From: Pelagomonas calceolata
Taxonomy: Eukaryota
DNA length: 64,000 nt
Assembly (NCBI GenBank): GCA_918797485.1
Contig: CAKKNE010000005.1
Span: 2,356,001 to 2,420,000, forward strand
Reading direction: 5' to 3'
Below, piece after piece: positions 33,660-43,542 of the stretch. A program made the translations under genes and the position numbers. How positions within the stretch are numbered: position 1 is the first letter of the stretch; every line of letters begins with the position of its first letter. The notes beneath the pieces are model-generated. The model was given only the letters and a program-made list of their open reading frames with translations, was not told where the DNA came from and searched no databases.

Positions 33660-33681
33660 CTAGCGTCCTGTAAGACACTAG
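33660..33681. promoter_or_regulatory. CTAG-box motif copy
   Basis: CTAGCGTCCTGTAAGACACTAG between ATM and DnaJ. Confidence 0.65.
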
Positions 33682-33828
33682 CAAGCCAAGCAAGCAGCCA
33701 AAACCACCCAGGCCTTGGCGCGCGAGCACGCTTGCGGCCTGCGGATAGTTTTAAGAAGCATCCTACAGCTATACGCCACTGGTGTGTGGAGCGGACAGCG
33801 GCACGCGTGGGCAGCACCCAAAAGGCAG

Positions 33829-34971
33829 ATGGCTAGCAGCCTCTTTGCGCTGCTCGTGGCCGGCGCGGCAGGCTTCGTCGCGCCACCACGCCGCCGCTGC
33901 GCCGCCGCTCCATCCCTGATGCCGCGCCGCAGCTTCGAGGGCGACCCCTTCGAGATCCTGGGCGTCGGCCCGGACGCGACAAAAACGGAACTCAGGAAAG
34001 CGTTCCGCAAGAAGGCGCTGAAGACGCACCCGGACGTGAACGACTCGCCGGAGGCCGCCGCGGAGTTCGCCAAGATCCAGGGCGCCTACGACACGCTGAG
34101 CGATCCCGACCGGCGCCGCGCCTGGGAGCGGGCCAAGCGGTCGGGCGCGCCGCCGCCCCGGAGTAGTGGTCGCCGGCCCCCGCCGGGCTACAAGCCTCGA
34201 TCGGAGCGGTCGAAGGATTCGTACTGGTCGGGTCCGCCGCCGGGCTACTCGCAGACGCCGTACGGCTACGACGACGCGGGCGGCGACTCCTGGGGCTCTA
34301 TTTTCGGTGATTTACTAAGGGGCGTGGCCTCGAACCCGAAGGGTACGATCCGAGGCGCGGTGAGCGATCTGTTGGATGTGCTGGAGGCTACCGCGGATTC
34401 ATCAATAAACACGGAGTTTGCTACGGAGAAGGAGTGGGCCGCCGCCGTCGCCGACGCCGAGAAGCTCGGGGATAGGCTGGAGAAGATGCTCCGCGACGAC
34501 CTCATTCCGAATTTAGCGGCGGCCAAGGCCGAAGAAAAGGCGGCGCGCGTCGACAAGTCGGCAGATATTGATTTTCTGCTTGAGAAGACGGCTGAGGCCG
34601 CGGGTCTCGACGCGAAGAAGCGCGCGTGCGAAAAGCAGATACGCAATGCTCGTCGCGAGGTCGAGGCGCTGCGGCGCGCCGGGCCGCCCACGGGCTCGTC
34701 GTCTTCGTACCGCTCATCGTCGTCTTCGTCGTCGACGTATCGCTCTTCGCGGCCGTCGTCCTCGTCGACGTACCGCTCGGCGCCGCGGCCGCGCGCGACG
34801 GCGCCGCCGCCGCCGTCAAGCGCTGACAAGCAACGCCGGCTCGATGACGAACTTGAGGAACTAAAAAAGGTGCCGCCGCACAAGCGGCGGCGACCACCGC
34901 CGTCGCCGTCGAAGGAGCGCCGCGTCGACGACGAGCTCGATGCCCTCAAGAAGAAATTAGGCAAGAAGTAA
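33829..34971 (+). CDS. DnaJ-domain protein, probably plastid-targeted
   Basis: Signal peptide plus AGFVAP cleavage motif; J-domain with HPD; C-terminal coiled coil. Confidence 0.85.
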   Translation: MASSLFALLVAGAAGFVAPPRRRCAAAPSLMPRRSFEGDPFEILGVGPDATKTELRKAFRKKALKTHPDVNDSPEAAAEFAKIQGAYDTLSDPDRRRAWERAKRSGAPPPRSSGRRPPPGYKPRSERSKDSYWSGPPPGYSQTPYGYDDAGGDSWGSIFGDLLRGVASNPKGTIRGAVSDLLDVLEATADSSINTEFATEKEWAAAVADAEKLGDRLEKMLRDDLIPNLAAAKAEEKAARVDKSADIDFLLEKTAEAAGLDAKKRACEKQIRNARREVEALRRAGPPTGSSSSYRSSSSSSSTYRSSRPSSSSTYRSAPRPRATAPPPPSSADKQRRLDDELEELKKVPPHKRRRPPPSPSKERRVDDELDALKKKLGKK

Positions 34972-34992
34972 CTGTGATAATGCAACATACAC

Positions 34993-37120
34993 TTACGCCA
35001 CCGAGCAGAGGGAGGGGGCACTGGCCGGCGCCGGGGCCGGGGTCTCCGGCGCGTTGGCCTCGGCGATGCGCGCCCTGAGCCAGTCGACCGGCGACAGCCC
35101 CGTTTCCATTGTAATTGGCCCCTGTTGTAATGCATCGAAGAATGCCTGAACGCACGCCGCGGCCGTCTCGTCGTCCAAATCTAAGAGGGACTGCTTAACG
35201 TCGTCGGCCAGCTCGTTACGGTTATAATGAAACGTCTGCTCGAGCGGCTCGAAGGCGGCCGCCAGCAGCGGCCCGCAGGCCATCTCGTGCTCCGACTCGG
35301 CGTCCGAATCCGACTCCGAGTCGCTGGCCAGCTCCATCGCCCAGTGCGGATCGAGAGGGTCGATCGTCTGGCCCGCGTACTGCGGGTCTCCTCCAGCGTC
35401 GCCCTTGTCGCCCACGCACCAACAGACGCAACGCCCCCCTCTCACGGCGTGGTGCAGTTCCAAGCGTAGGTCAGGGAGCGCTCGCGAGATCGCCATCAGC
35501 GCCGCGCGACGGCGGTTTAGCTCTTCCGTCGACACTTCTTCGAGCGGCATAGTCCCCTCCTGCGTCAACAGGCAGACCCTGCCTTCCAACGAGTTCTCGT
35601 CCTCGTCGTCCGCCTCGAAACTGGGGGCGTACGGACCGGAGAGGCACGTGAGCCGGAGCTTTATGAGGCGCAGCGTGCGACACGACTGCATCGACAGAGG
35701 CAAGTCCTCGAGCCCGTAGTTCGCCGTCAGGTCCAACACGACGAGCGGCAACTCCCCGATCCACTCGGGTAGCACCTGGATCTCGCATTTGTCCAAATCT
35801 AGCTTTCGTAGCAGACGGCAGTCGCGGAGGGCCCGCGGGAACGCGTCGATGCCCAACAAGTGGTGGCCGTGGAGATCGAGGGACTGGAGCGTCGCGCTCG
35901 CCGACGAGAGCAATCGTTCTAACGGGTCTGCGAACTCGTACTCCTCGTGCGAGGCCACGAAGTCCTCGTGCTCGAAGGGAATTTGCAGGGTGAAGACCTC
36001 GAGTGCGACGCCCTGTAACGCGTCCGCGTAGGAGTGGATGGGCGCTAAGTAACCGTGCACGCGCTTCAGATTCGGGAGCTGTCCAAGCCAGCTCGGGCAG
36101 TGCGCGGACCCCAGATGCACTTCCTCCAATTGCGTCAGCTGCCGCAGGCACGCGAGCGAGGCGTTGCAGTTTCTATCGTCGTGGCGAAATATCCTCAGCG
36201 AGCGCGGGAGGCAGTCCTCGTCCCGATCCCATGGATACGCGTTCGCTTGGAAGTCTGTGGTCGAGACTTGTAGCTCTTCTAGAGGCAGGGACCGCAGCCA
36301 GTCGGGCATGTGCTTGATGTCGCACTCGTCGAGACTTAGCACGCGCAGCCGCGGCATGGACGCGATCGCTCGGTGCAGCGTGTCGGCGCCCGCGACTGTC
36401 TCAATGGTGCTCGCCCTCGTCGTCGAGCCTAAACTTTTCGGACGTGACGTTCAGCCGCTCGACGCCGCAGAAGCGCTGGCCGAAGTCGGCCGGCAAGTCC
36501 CAGTCCGTTCGCACGGTGATGCACTTCAGGGAGCTGTAGGGGGCGGCGTCGCGCCACGCCGACGAGACCTGGCGGACCAGCGCGAGCGTCTCGAGGCGGT
36601 CCCGCGTCCATCCCGCGCCGCAGTCAGCGAATCGCCGCGGCTGCGCCACGAGCGCGGCGTCCTGCTCGATGGAAAGACCTTCGTGGTTGATGTGGTACGC
36701 CGTCCTCCCGTCCCAGCCCTCGAGGAGGAAACCGAAGATCAGTCTAAGGATGTCCGCCGACGCGTGATGGTGCAGCCGGGCGGCGCGCGCGGACGGCAGC
36801 GCCGCGTCGTCGACGGCGACGTGCAGCGTACGAGCGTCGGGCGGCGGCGGGCGGCGGCGCGCGCTCTTGGCGCCCGCGTAGGCCTCGAGGTAAGTCTTGA
36901 GCGCCCTGGCGGTTTCGCGCGCGCCGTGCCAGTCCGGCCAATTGCCAATCGCCGCCTGGCACTGCGACTCGGCGGTGACCCAGTCTTCGCGGTCGAGCGC
37001 GTCGTTAATCTCCTCGAGGGCCTCGACCATCGCGGAGCGCTCGCGGGCGTCGCTGCGCCAGGAGTTGATGTCCTCCCGCATCATCTGTGCCTCAAAGAAG
37101 TCGTCGTCACCAGGGTCCAT
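34993..37120 (-). CDS. Leucine-rich-repeat protein interrupted by an apparent frameshift near 36405-36425
   Basis: LRR consensus (LRKLDLDKCEIQVLPEWIGELPLVVLDL); the upstream ORF stops at 36401 while the +1 frame (TIETVAGADTLHRAIASMPRL) continues. Confidence 0.65.
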
Positions 37121-37651
37121 AATGTGGGTGTGGGGGTTACTACGTTGTTCCGGCGCCTCAGCCGCACGCGCTGCGCCAGCGTTTCGGTTATCGCTGCGAG
37201 TTGTAGTTGGACGACTTGTAACTTGACTTGCACAGCTATGTGGCTCCGCACACAGTCCAAAAAAGCGGCGCCGCACCCGCTTGTCCTAGTGTGTCTAGGC
37301 CGCTCTCGGTCGCCTGCGGGAAGTCGCGGGACAAGTTGATTGAACGGGCGAACGTTGCACATTGTTCGGGGGGGTTTGCCGAGGCGGTTCTGCTTAGAAG
37401 GAGGTACGCTGTTATGAAAGAAGCGGCCCGCGCCCGCCGCCGATGAATCGGCGACGCGCGGTGTCTCCCCCCCAGGGGCTCCGCCCACTAGTCCTAGTAC
37501 CGTAACATCGACTAATAATCGTGCCGTAATTACGTAAAAAATAGTTATCAACACATCTACATTCCCACCGCAGCTCATCTCTTCGCCGCCGCCGTCGCCG
37601 CGCGCGTCCGCAGCCAGCCCGGCGGCCACTCGTCAGAGCCGCCACGGCCAC

Positions 37652-38940
37652 TTATGTCCGCGTATAATAGACATACGCGCCCGACAGCATAACACAGAAC
37701 GCACACAGTACGAAGACGGAATTCGGGAAGATCCACTTCTCGCCGAGGTCGTCGTCCCGGGTCGCGTAGAACAATATCAGACCGAAGGCCCAGACCAACA
37801 CCGTTCGAAAGTTCTTCCAGACGTTGCGCGTCATGGACGAGGTGACGCTCGTCGCCATGATGTTGAAGACGCCCGTGAGCGTGAACAGCAACGTGAGCCC
37901 GACCATGGCTCCCGCCTTCGACGGCGACGCCGCGATCGCGTCCCTCGTGGCGGACGGCGACTCGCCGAAGCGACGCGCGAAAAGCAAGTACAGCGGCACG
38001 CCGAAGAGGAGCCCGAACAAACCTTCCATGCCCAACAGCAGCGTCGCGGGGAACGCGGCCTCGTGCATGAAGAGCTCCTCGGTCCTGTGTGGAAATTAAA
38101 TTTCAGGCGCCACGCCATCGACGCAATGTCGTTCCCGTGACTGCGTCTGCTCGATGACGAGGAGATTGATTTCCACACTGCCTCTGACATGTCCTGAATC
38201 ACCGACATGACGCATTGGCCGACGATAAGGACGTCGCCGATCCACGCGTGGCGACCCTTTTCTTCTTTAGCAGAATTACGATTCGCGAGCCGCACCAGGA
38301 CCAAGCCAAGAGCCACCACAACTACACCGACCCAGCGCGACCAGGAAATGCGCCGCTTGCGGATGCAGCGCGCCGCGACGACGCTCAGGAGCAGTTCGAG
38401 ACCGCTGATGAGCATCTCGGCCATCGATGCGGCGACGTAGATGAGCGAGCCCCAGCGCATGGCCGAATTGCAGAGGTTGAAGAAGCCCGGAACGACGGGT
38501 TTGAGGTACCAGGGTATCGCGTGGACCCACGTCACCGTCGCCGCGTTGTGCGACTCGGTGGTCAGACCCGTGGGCGACCCGCTTCGACGTCTCTCTGGTG
38601 TTTTCTCTTCGTCCTTGGCTTCTACTACAGGCGCCTTCACCTCGTCCTCCATGGCGCCGGGGCACTCGTCGTCCGCGTGCATAGGATTCGGGACCACGTT
38701 TCGCGTCGGGAGCTCGATCGAGACTTTTTTGTAGCGCGGCCGTCGTCGCGCGGGCGGCGGCGACGACCGTCGAGAGACCAGGTACACGACCAGGGACAGA
38801 CCCTGACCCGTCAAGTAGAGTAGCGTGACGAACAGCGGATTCCGGAAGCCCAGATCATAGAACAGCTTCACGGCTACACTGCGGCTGGCGCCGGTGATGA
38901 CCATGCACGCCAAGACCAACGAGACGCGCAGGGAATACAT
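37652..38940 (-). CDS. DMT/SLC35F6-like nucleotide-sugar transporter, 2 exons (38189-38940, 37652-38084)
   Basis: About 10 TM segments; splicing gives QDMTEELFMHE...GMEGLFG and TRNVWKNFRTVLVW. Confidence 0.85.
38085..38180. mobile_element. Introner element; intron 38085-38188 with GT donor taken from the TSD
   Basis: TIRs CTGTGTGGAAAT / ATTTCCACACTG; 8-bp TSD CCTCGGTC (38077-38084) and CCTCTGAC (38181-38188); family core present. Confidence 0.88.
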
Positions 38941-39192
38941 TTTTCAATCAGAAATCAACGCAGCATCCGCATACTGCCATCCGCAGCGCTTGTGAGCCCT
39001 AGTCCGCGCGCGCACAGCGCGCAGCGCTGCATGAGTTGCAGTGCAGCAGCTGGCAGCGCTGATTTTGCTCGCCGAGAGCTGGGCTGGTCACGTGTAACCA
39101 CTGCGCACTGCTCACCAGGATGTGCTATAACACAGATAGCACAGCAGGGCGATAGGATCGCTGCGACACGTGCAGTTCGTCGGCTAGACATC

Positions 39193-39214
39193 CTAGTGTC
39201 TTTACAGACGCTAG
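39193..39214. promoter_or_regulatory. CTAG-box motif copy
   Basis: CTAGTGTCTTTACAGACGCTAG upstream of the transporter. Confidence 0.65.
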
Positions 39215-39262
39215 CAAGTCAAAGGTAGTACGTCAAACAATTACACAACTCCCCTCGACAGC

Positions 39263-41236
39263 TCACCGCTTCGCCGCCGTCAGCGCCGCGCGCGTCCGCA
39301 GCCGGTCCGGCGGCCGCTCGTCCCGGATCAGGCACAGGAGCAGGTCCCGCTCGTCCATTGTGAGCTCGCCGTCGGCCACGGGCAGCGAGTGCCGATCCAG
39401 ATTGATCAGCCGCCGGTCCGCCGGCAGGTGCTCTCTTTTCCTCAACCAGAGCGCCCCGCCCGCCTCGACCGCGGCCTCGTAGCGGTGCCGGTCCGACCCG
39501 TACGCCGCCTCCGCGCCGGGTCTAGGTAAAACGGCAAACCCCGCCAGCACGCCGGGCTTCCGCGGCCGCAGCACGTCCCCCAAATCGACGCCGAACGTCT
39601 TCTCGAATACAGCATCGCGCGCGAGCGTCGCCGCGTCGAAGTCGTCGAGCTGCGACGCGAAGCCCCGCGACCGCGCCCGCAACCAGTCCGCCGACACGAT
39701 GGGCAGCCCCGCCGCGCGCGCGAGGGCCAGCGACGTCTTCGGCTCGATCTGCGGGCCCACGACCAGGACGTTCGCGTCCGCCGCCTCCCGTACCAACTGG
39801 CAGCCGGCCGCGTCGCACAACTGGCTCAATTTCTGAATTTGCTCGAGGTCCCGATCTCCACTCGCGCAGGACACGACGACGCGGGGCTTGCCCTGGGACG
39901 CGCTGCGCGCCGCGCCGAGCGACGACCGCCGCTTCCGCGGCGCGTCCGGCGGGCCCGTCTCGTCCACCTCATCGTCCGACGCCGCGCCGTTCTGGAGCCG
40001 CCAGGGCCGCGCGCGCGGCAGCGGCCGCGTCTCCCGCTGCAAATCCGGGTGGGGCTCGAGCGACGCGCGCCGGTTCTTCTTGGGCGGCGGCGGCGGCGGC
40101 GCGTTTTCCGGCGGTGTGATTTCCGCGTCGTCGTCGTCCTCACCGTCGTCGCCCGCGCCGTCCTGTGCACCAACACAGGTCCGCTCGTGCACGCCGCGGC
40201 CGCGCGCCGTCGCGAAGGCCCGGCCGCAGCCCTTCTGGCACACGAAGTCCCGGGCGGCCGCCGGCGCGTCGCCGTCGGACGAGTCGCCGTCTATTAGCTC
40301 ATCCTCGGCCGGCGGCGCCCACTGGTCCGCCGTGGGAAAGGCCTCGCGCACGCGCCTGATTTCCTCGGTCTCCAGGTCCGCCGCGTAGACCTCGTCCACC
40401 GCCTCCGCCGGCACGAGCGTCGCGGGGCACGGCACGGACCGCCGGCCGCACTCCTCGCGCAGCAGTTGCAGCGCAAAGTCCTCGTAGCACAAATCGCCCT
40501 CGGGCTCCTCTGGGACCGGCTCCGGCGACGGCGACCGGGGACGCGCCGGCTGCTGCGCCAGGACGGCCTCGCGCGCGCGCGCGCCGCGCGTCCCCGCGCC
40601 CCGCGCCGCCACGCCCTGCGGCGCGTCGAAGAAGGCCAGCTGGCTCTCGTCGCGCTGGCGCCGTCGAGCCGTTTCCAGATCGCGACACGCCGTCGCGAAA
40701 TCATTCGACGAGCAGCCCGCCGCGGCGCACAGCCGCTGCGCGTCCAGATCCAGGATCTGCCCCGCGGCCGCGACGCAGGCGGCGCGCTGCGCGCCGTCGG
40801 GGTGCGCGCCCCGCCGCAACATCGTCTGCAGGCCCCGCGCCGCGTCGGCGACGGCCGCGGCCGACGCCTCGTCCGCCACGACGGCCCGCGCCAGCTGCTC
40901 GATCGTGTCGACGACTGCCGCCGAGCCCCCGGAACTCATGGTCCGCGCGCCGAGCGCCGACTCGGCGTGCCGCAGGACTCGGTCGTAGGCCGCCGGCCGC
41001 GACGAGCACGCCGTCAGCAGCGCTTCTCGTCTTAAGTTGGCGCCGCCCGCTTCTCTAGCAGCAAGCTCGAGCGCCACGGCGCGCCGGCAGCACTCGCCCT
41101 TGCCGAAGACGCCCGGCGGGCACTTGATCGCGAGCCGCCGCAGCATCTGCGCGCCGGCCCGCGCGAGCGCCGACGCCCGGGCCTCGTGGACGCCGCACCG
41201 CTTTACGACGTCGAGGAGCCAGGCCTCGTCGTTCAT
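39263..41236 (-). CDS. ORC6-like N-terminal domain + small Zn finger + tandem BRCT
   Basis: GKGECCRRAVALELAA...AYDRVL resembles plant ORC6; CQKGCGRAF...HERTC; ALARAAGLPIVSADWL BRCT motif. Confidence 0.7.
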   Translation of the reverse strand: MNDEAWLLDVVKRCGVHEARASALARAGAQMLRRLAIKCPPGVFGKGECCRRAVALELAAREAGGANLRREALLTACSSRPAAYDRVLRHAESALGARTMSSGGSAAVVDTIEQLARAVVADEASAAAVADAARGLQTMLRRGAHPDGAQRAACVAAAGQILDLDAQRLCAAAGCSSNDFATACRDLETARRRQRDESQLAFFDAPQGVAARGAGTRGARAREAVLAQQPARPRSPSPEPVPEEPEGDLCYEDFALQLLREECGRRSVPCPATLVPAEAVDEVYAADLETEEIRRVREAFPTADQWAPPAEDELIDGDSSDGDAPAAARDFVCQKGCGRAFATARGRGVHERTCVGAQDGAGDDGEDDDDAEITPPENAPPPPPPKKNRRASLEPHPDLQRETRPLPRARPWRLQNGAASDDEVDETGPPDAPRKRRSSLGAARSASQGKPRVVVSCASGDRDLEQIQKLSQLCDAAGCQLVREAADANVLVVGPQIEPKTSLALARAAGLPIVSADWLRARSRGFASQLDDFDAATLARDAVFEKTFGVDLGDVLRPRKPGVLAGFAVLPRPGAEAAYGSDRHRYEAAVEAGGALWLRKREHLPADRRLINLDRHSLPVADGELTMDERDLLLCLIRDERPPDRLRTRAALTAAKR

Positions 41237-41376
41237 CTTTGCTCCGGGCGCGCGCGGCGCAGTCTTATAGATGGAGAGCTTGCACTACTGACTGGTGCGG
41301 CACTTATGTGAGTGTGGCCTGGTCGCAGCACTGCGTTGCTGCGGCGGACAATGCGCGCGCGTCGCGGCCACTCTAG

Positions 41377-41398
41377 CTAGCGGCATGTAAGATACTAG
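41377..41398. promoter_or_regulatory. CTAG-box motif copy
   Basis: CTAGCGGCATGTAAGATACTAG between ORC6-like and ankyrin genes. Confidence 0.65.
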
Positions 41399-41425
41399 GA
41401 AGCCTTGGTCAAACTTCACGCGAGT

Positions 41426-42223
41426 ATGGAACGGGTCCCAGAGGCCGTCGCGGAGGACGCAAAGTCCGGTGATATCAGCGCGGTTCGCACGTGGCTGAAC
41501 ACGGTCAAAGACGACGTTAATAGATATGTGATAAATGACCCCAGCAATTTGCCAGGACAGGAAGATTATCCGCTCCTTATATGGACGGTGGCATGCGGAA
41601 TTACCACTCCCGAAAAGGTGGAGCTAGCGCGCGAACTCCTGGCGCGCGGCGCGGAAGTCGACAAGACCGACTACGTCGACCGAACCGCTTTGCACTGGGC
41701 CTGTCGCGGAGTAGGCGACGCTTCCCCAGCGTTGGTATCGTTGTTGCTGAGCGCTGGGGCCGACGTCCACGCTCGAACGAAACACACCAGAACAATCCCA
41801 ATCGCTTACACTGTGGATACGTGGTCCTTAAGTGCACAAATGCGATATCTCTCGCGATTGTCGACAGAGACTCTCTTGGTAATCTTCGAGCGCTTACTGC
41901 GTGCTGGGTCGGAGCTAGACAATATCTCGGAATGGCCTAATGATTCACTTGGATCAATCAGCGCGAGTAGCGAATCCGCGTTTGAGGCTTTGGCAACCGA
42001 TGCCAGTTTCCAGGAAATCAAGAGCATCACCGCGAACGTGCTCGCCGCCGGTAGCTATGGCGCGTACCTCCACGAGCAGCGCAAACAGGTGCTGAGTCTG
42101 CGGAGCCTCGCCAATCGCGGTCGCGCGGCGACGGCCGAGCCCGTCATGAATTTCCTCGTAAGACTTGGCGACAACGGCGTCGTCTGGAACGTGCTGAGTC
42201 ACTGGCCGCCGCCGAGGCGCTAG
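41426..42223 (+). CDS. Ankyrin-repeat protein
   Basis: ELLARGAEVDKTDYVDRTALHWAC, LLLSAGADVHAR. Confidence 0.85.
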   Translation: MERVPEAVAEDAKSGDISAVRTWLNTVKDDVNRYVINDPSNLPGQEDYPLLIWTVACGITTPEKVELARELLARGAEVDKTDYVDRTALHWACRGVGDASPALVSLLLSAGADVHARTKHTRTIPIAYTVDTWSLSAQMRYLSRLSTETLLVIFERLLRAGSELDNISEWPNDSLGSISASSESAFEALATDASFQEIKSITANVLAAGSYGAYLHEQRKQVLSLRSLANRGRAATAEPVMNFLVRLGDNGVVWNVLSHWPPPRR

Positions 42224-42322
42224 ACTGCATACGAGTGACAGAACAAATAACTTAGGTCATAATAGAGTCGTATCGAGGCAAGCTCCACCAACACGCCGTC
42301 GAGCAAACGCACCACAAAGAAG

Positions 42323-43246
42323 TCAAAAGCCCCAGTACGCCCCGCCCTCGACGACCTCCGCGCGCGGCGGCGTCTCCGCGGGCGACGGCCAGACCCACGA
42401 CTCCCGCGCCACCTTCATAATTTCGGCGCGGTCGGCCCAGCGCTTTCCCATAATTCCGAAGAGGAGCTGCAGGCCGCCGCCGACGTAGATCGCGGATGCT
42501 CCCCTACTCACGACGTGCGCGGCGAGGGGCAGGCCGTACGCGCCGCAGCCCAGCAACGCGGCATCAACTGGAAAGGCGCCGTCGATCGCGGCTTTAGTAT
42601 CAAGCAGCGCTTGCGACCACGTGCCGTTCGCGTCCCTTCCTAATGATGACGGCGCCTTGACTACGACCAAATCCAGGTCGCGCGGGAGCACGGCCTCGGG
42701 CCAGAGCAGGTCGCCGCGCGCATGCTTCGCGTACTGGTCTCTTATGGTAGCCGCGAAGGGGTGGACGATCAAGACGCGCCGCCCGCGCAGCGCGGCCGTC
42801 CACGCGTGTTCCCCAAAGTAGAACGGCTCCACGGCGCGGTGCTCGACGAAGGCCGCCCGCGGCGCCAGCGTTCTGGCCACGCGGGCCTCGGCCTCTCCCC
42901 CAAACCCGGCGACGACGGCGGACGCGTTGAGGGCCGAGGCGTACTCGTCCGCGAAGACCAAGGCCTCCTCGTCAGGACCGTGCACGCCCGCGTGGCTCGC
43001 GAGCAGTGGTCGCGCCGCGAAGTCTTCACGACGTCCGTCTGCGTACTCCGCTGCCACGGAGAGTTCGGCTCCGAGCGACAGCCGCGCCACGAGGAACGGC
43101 CGCCGTCTTCCATTAAATACCTCGGCGAGGCGCCGGCGGATCAGGCCGTTGGCCGTGAGCGCATCGATGCGGTGCGGCGGGCGGCCGGGCTGCGGCGCGG
43201 TCCAGGGGGCGGCCGCCGCGACGGTACAGACGAGAGTACAGCGCAT
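42323..43246 (-). CDS. Glycosyltransferase-like protein of a family usually seen in bacteria and giant viruses
   Basis: RVLIVHPF, DAALLGCGAYGLPLA, GGGLQLLFGIMGKRW, VEGGAYW motifs; signal peptide. Confidence 0.65.
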   Translation of the reverse strand: MRCTLVCTVAAAAPWTAPQPGRPPHRIDALTANGLIRRRLAEVFNGRRRPFLVARLSLGAELSVAAEYADGRREDFAARPLLASHAGVHGPDEEALVFADEYASALNASAVVAGFGGEAEARVARTLAPRAAFVEHRAVEPFYFGEHAWTAALRGRRVLIVHPFAATIRDQYAKHARGDLLWPEAVLPRDLDLVVVKAPSSLGRDANGTWSQALLDTKAAIDGAFPVDAALLGCGAYGLPLAAHVVSRGASAIYVGGGLQLLFGIMGKRWADRAEIMKVARESWVWPSPAETPPRAEVVEGGAYWGF

Positions 43247-43542
43247 CACACCGTCATCGCATCACTACGGGCGTGGCTTTGGCAGCCCATATCCGCCGTC
43301 GTCGCATCGCTACGCCGAGTTGGGCAGCCTGCCATGCCTCTGCTGCTGGGCTCTCTGCCAGGAAGTCAAATCGCAGAAACCTCCGCGCAGCCCTGCGAGC
43401 CATCGAAGCACCTCTACGTGTCGGTTTCAGGACCTGTCCGTAAGTTGATCCCGGGCCCCGGGCCCGGGCCGCGGCGATCTCGACTGTTTTCAGACACTTC
43501 GAGGCAATCGGAAGATTGCTGTTTTTGCAGCAGATTTGGCAC

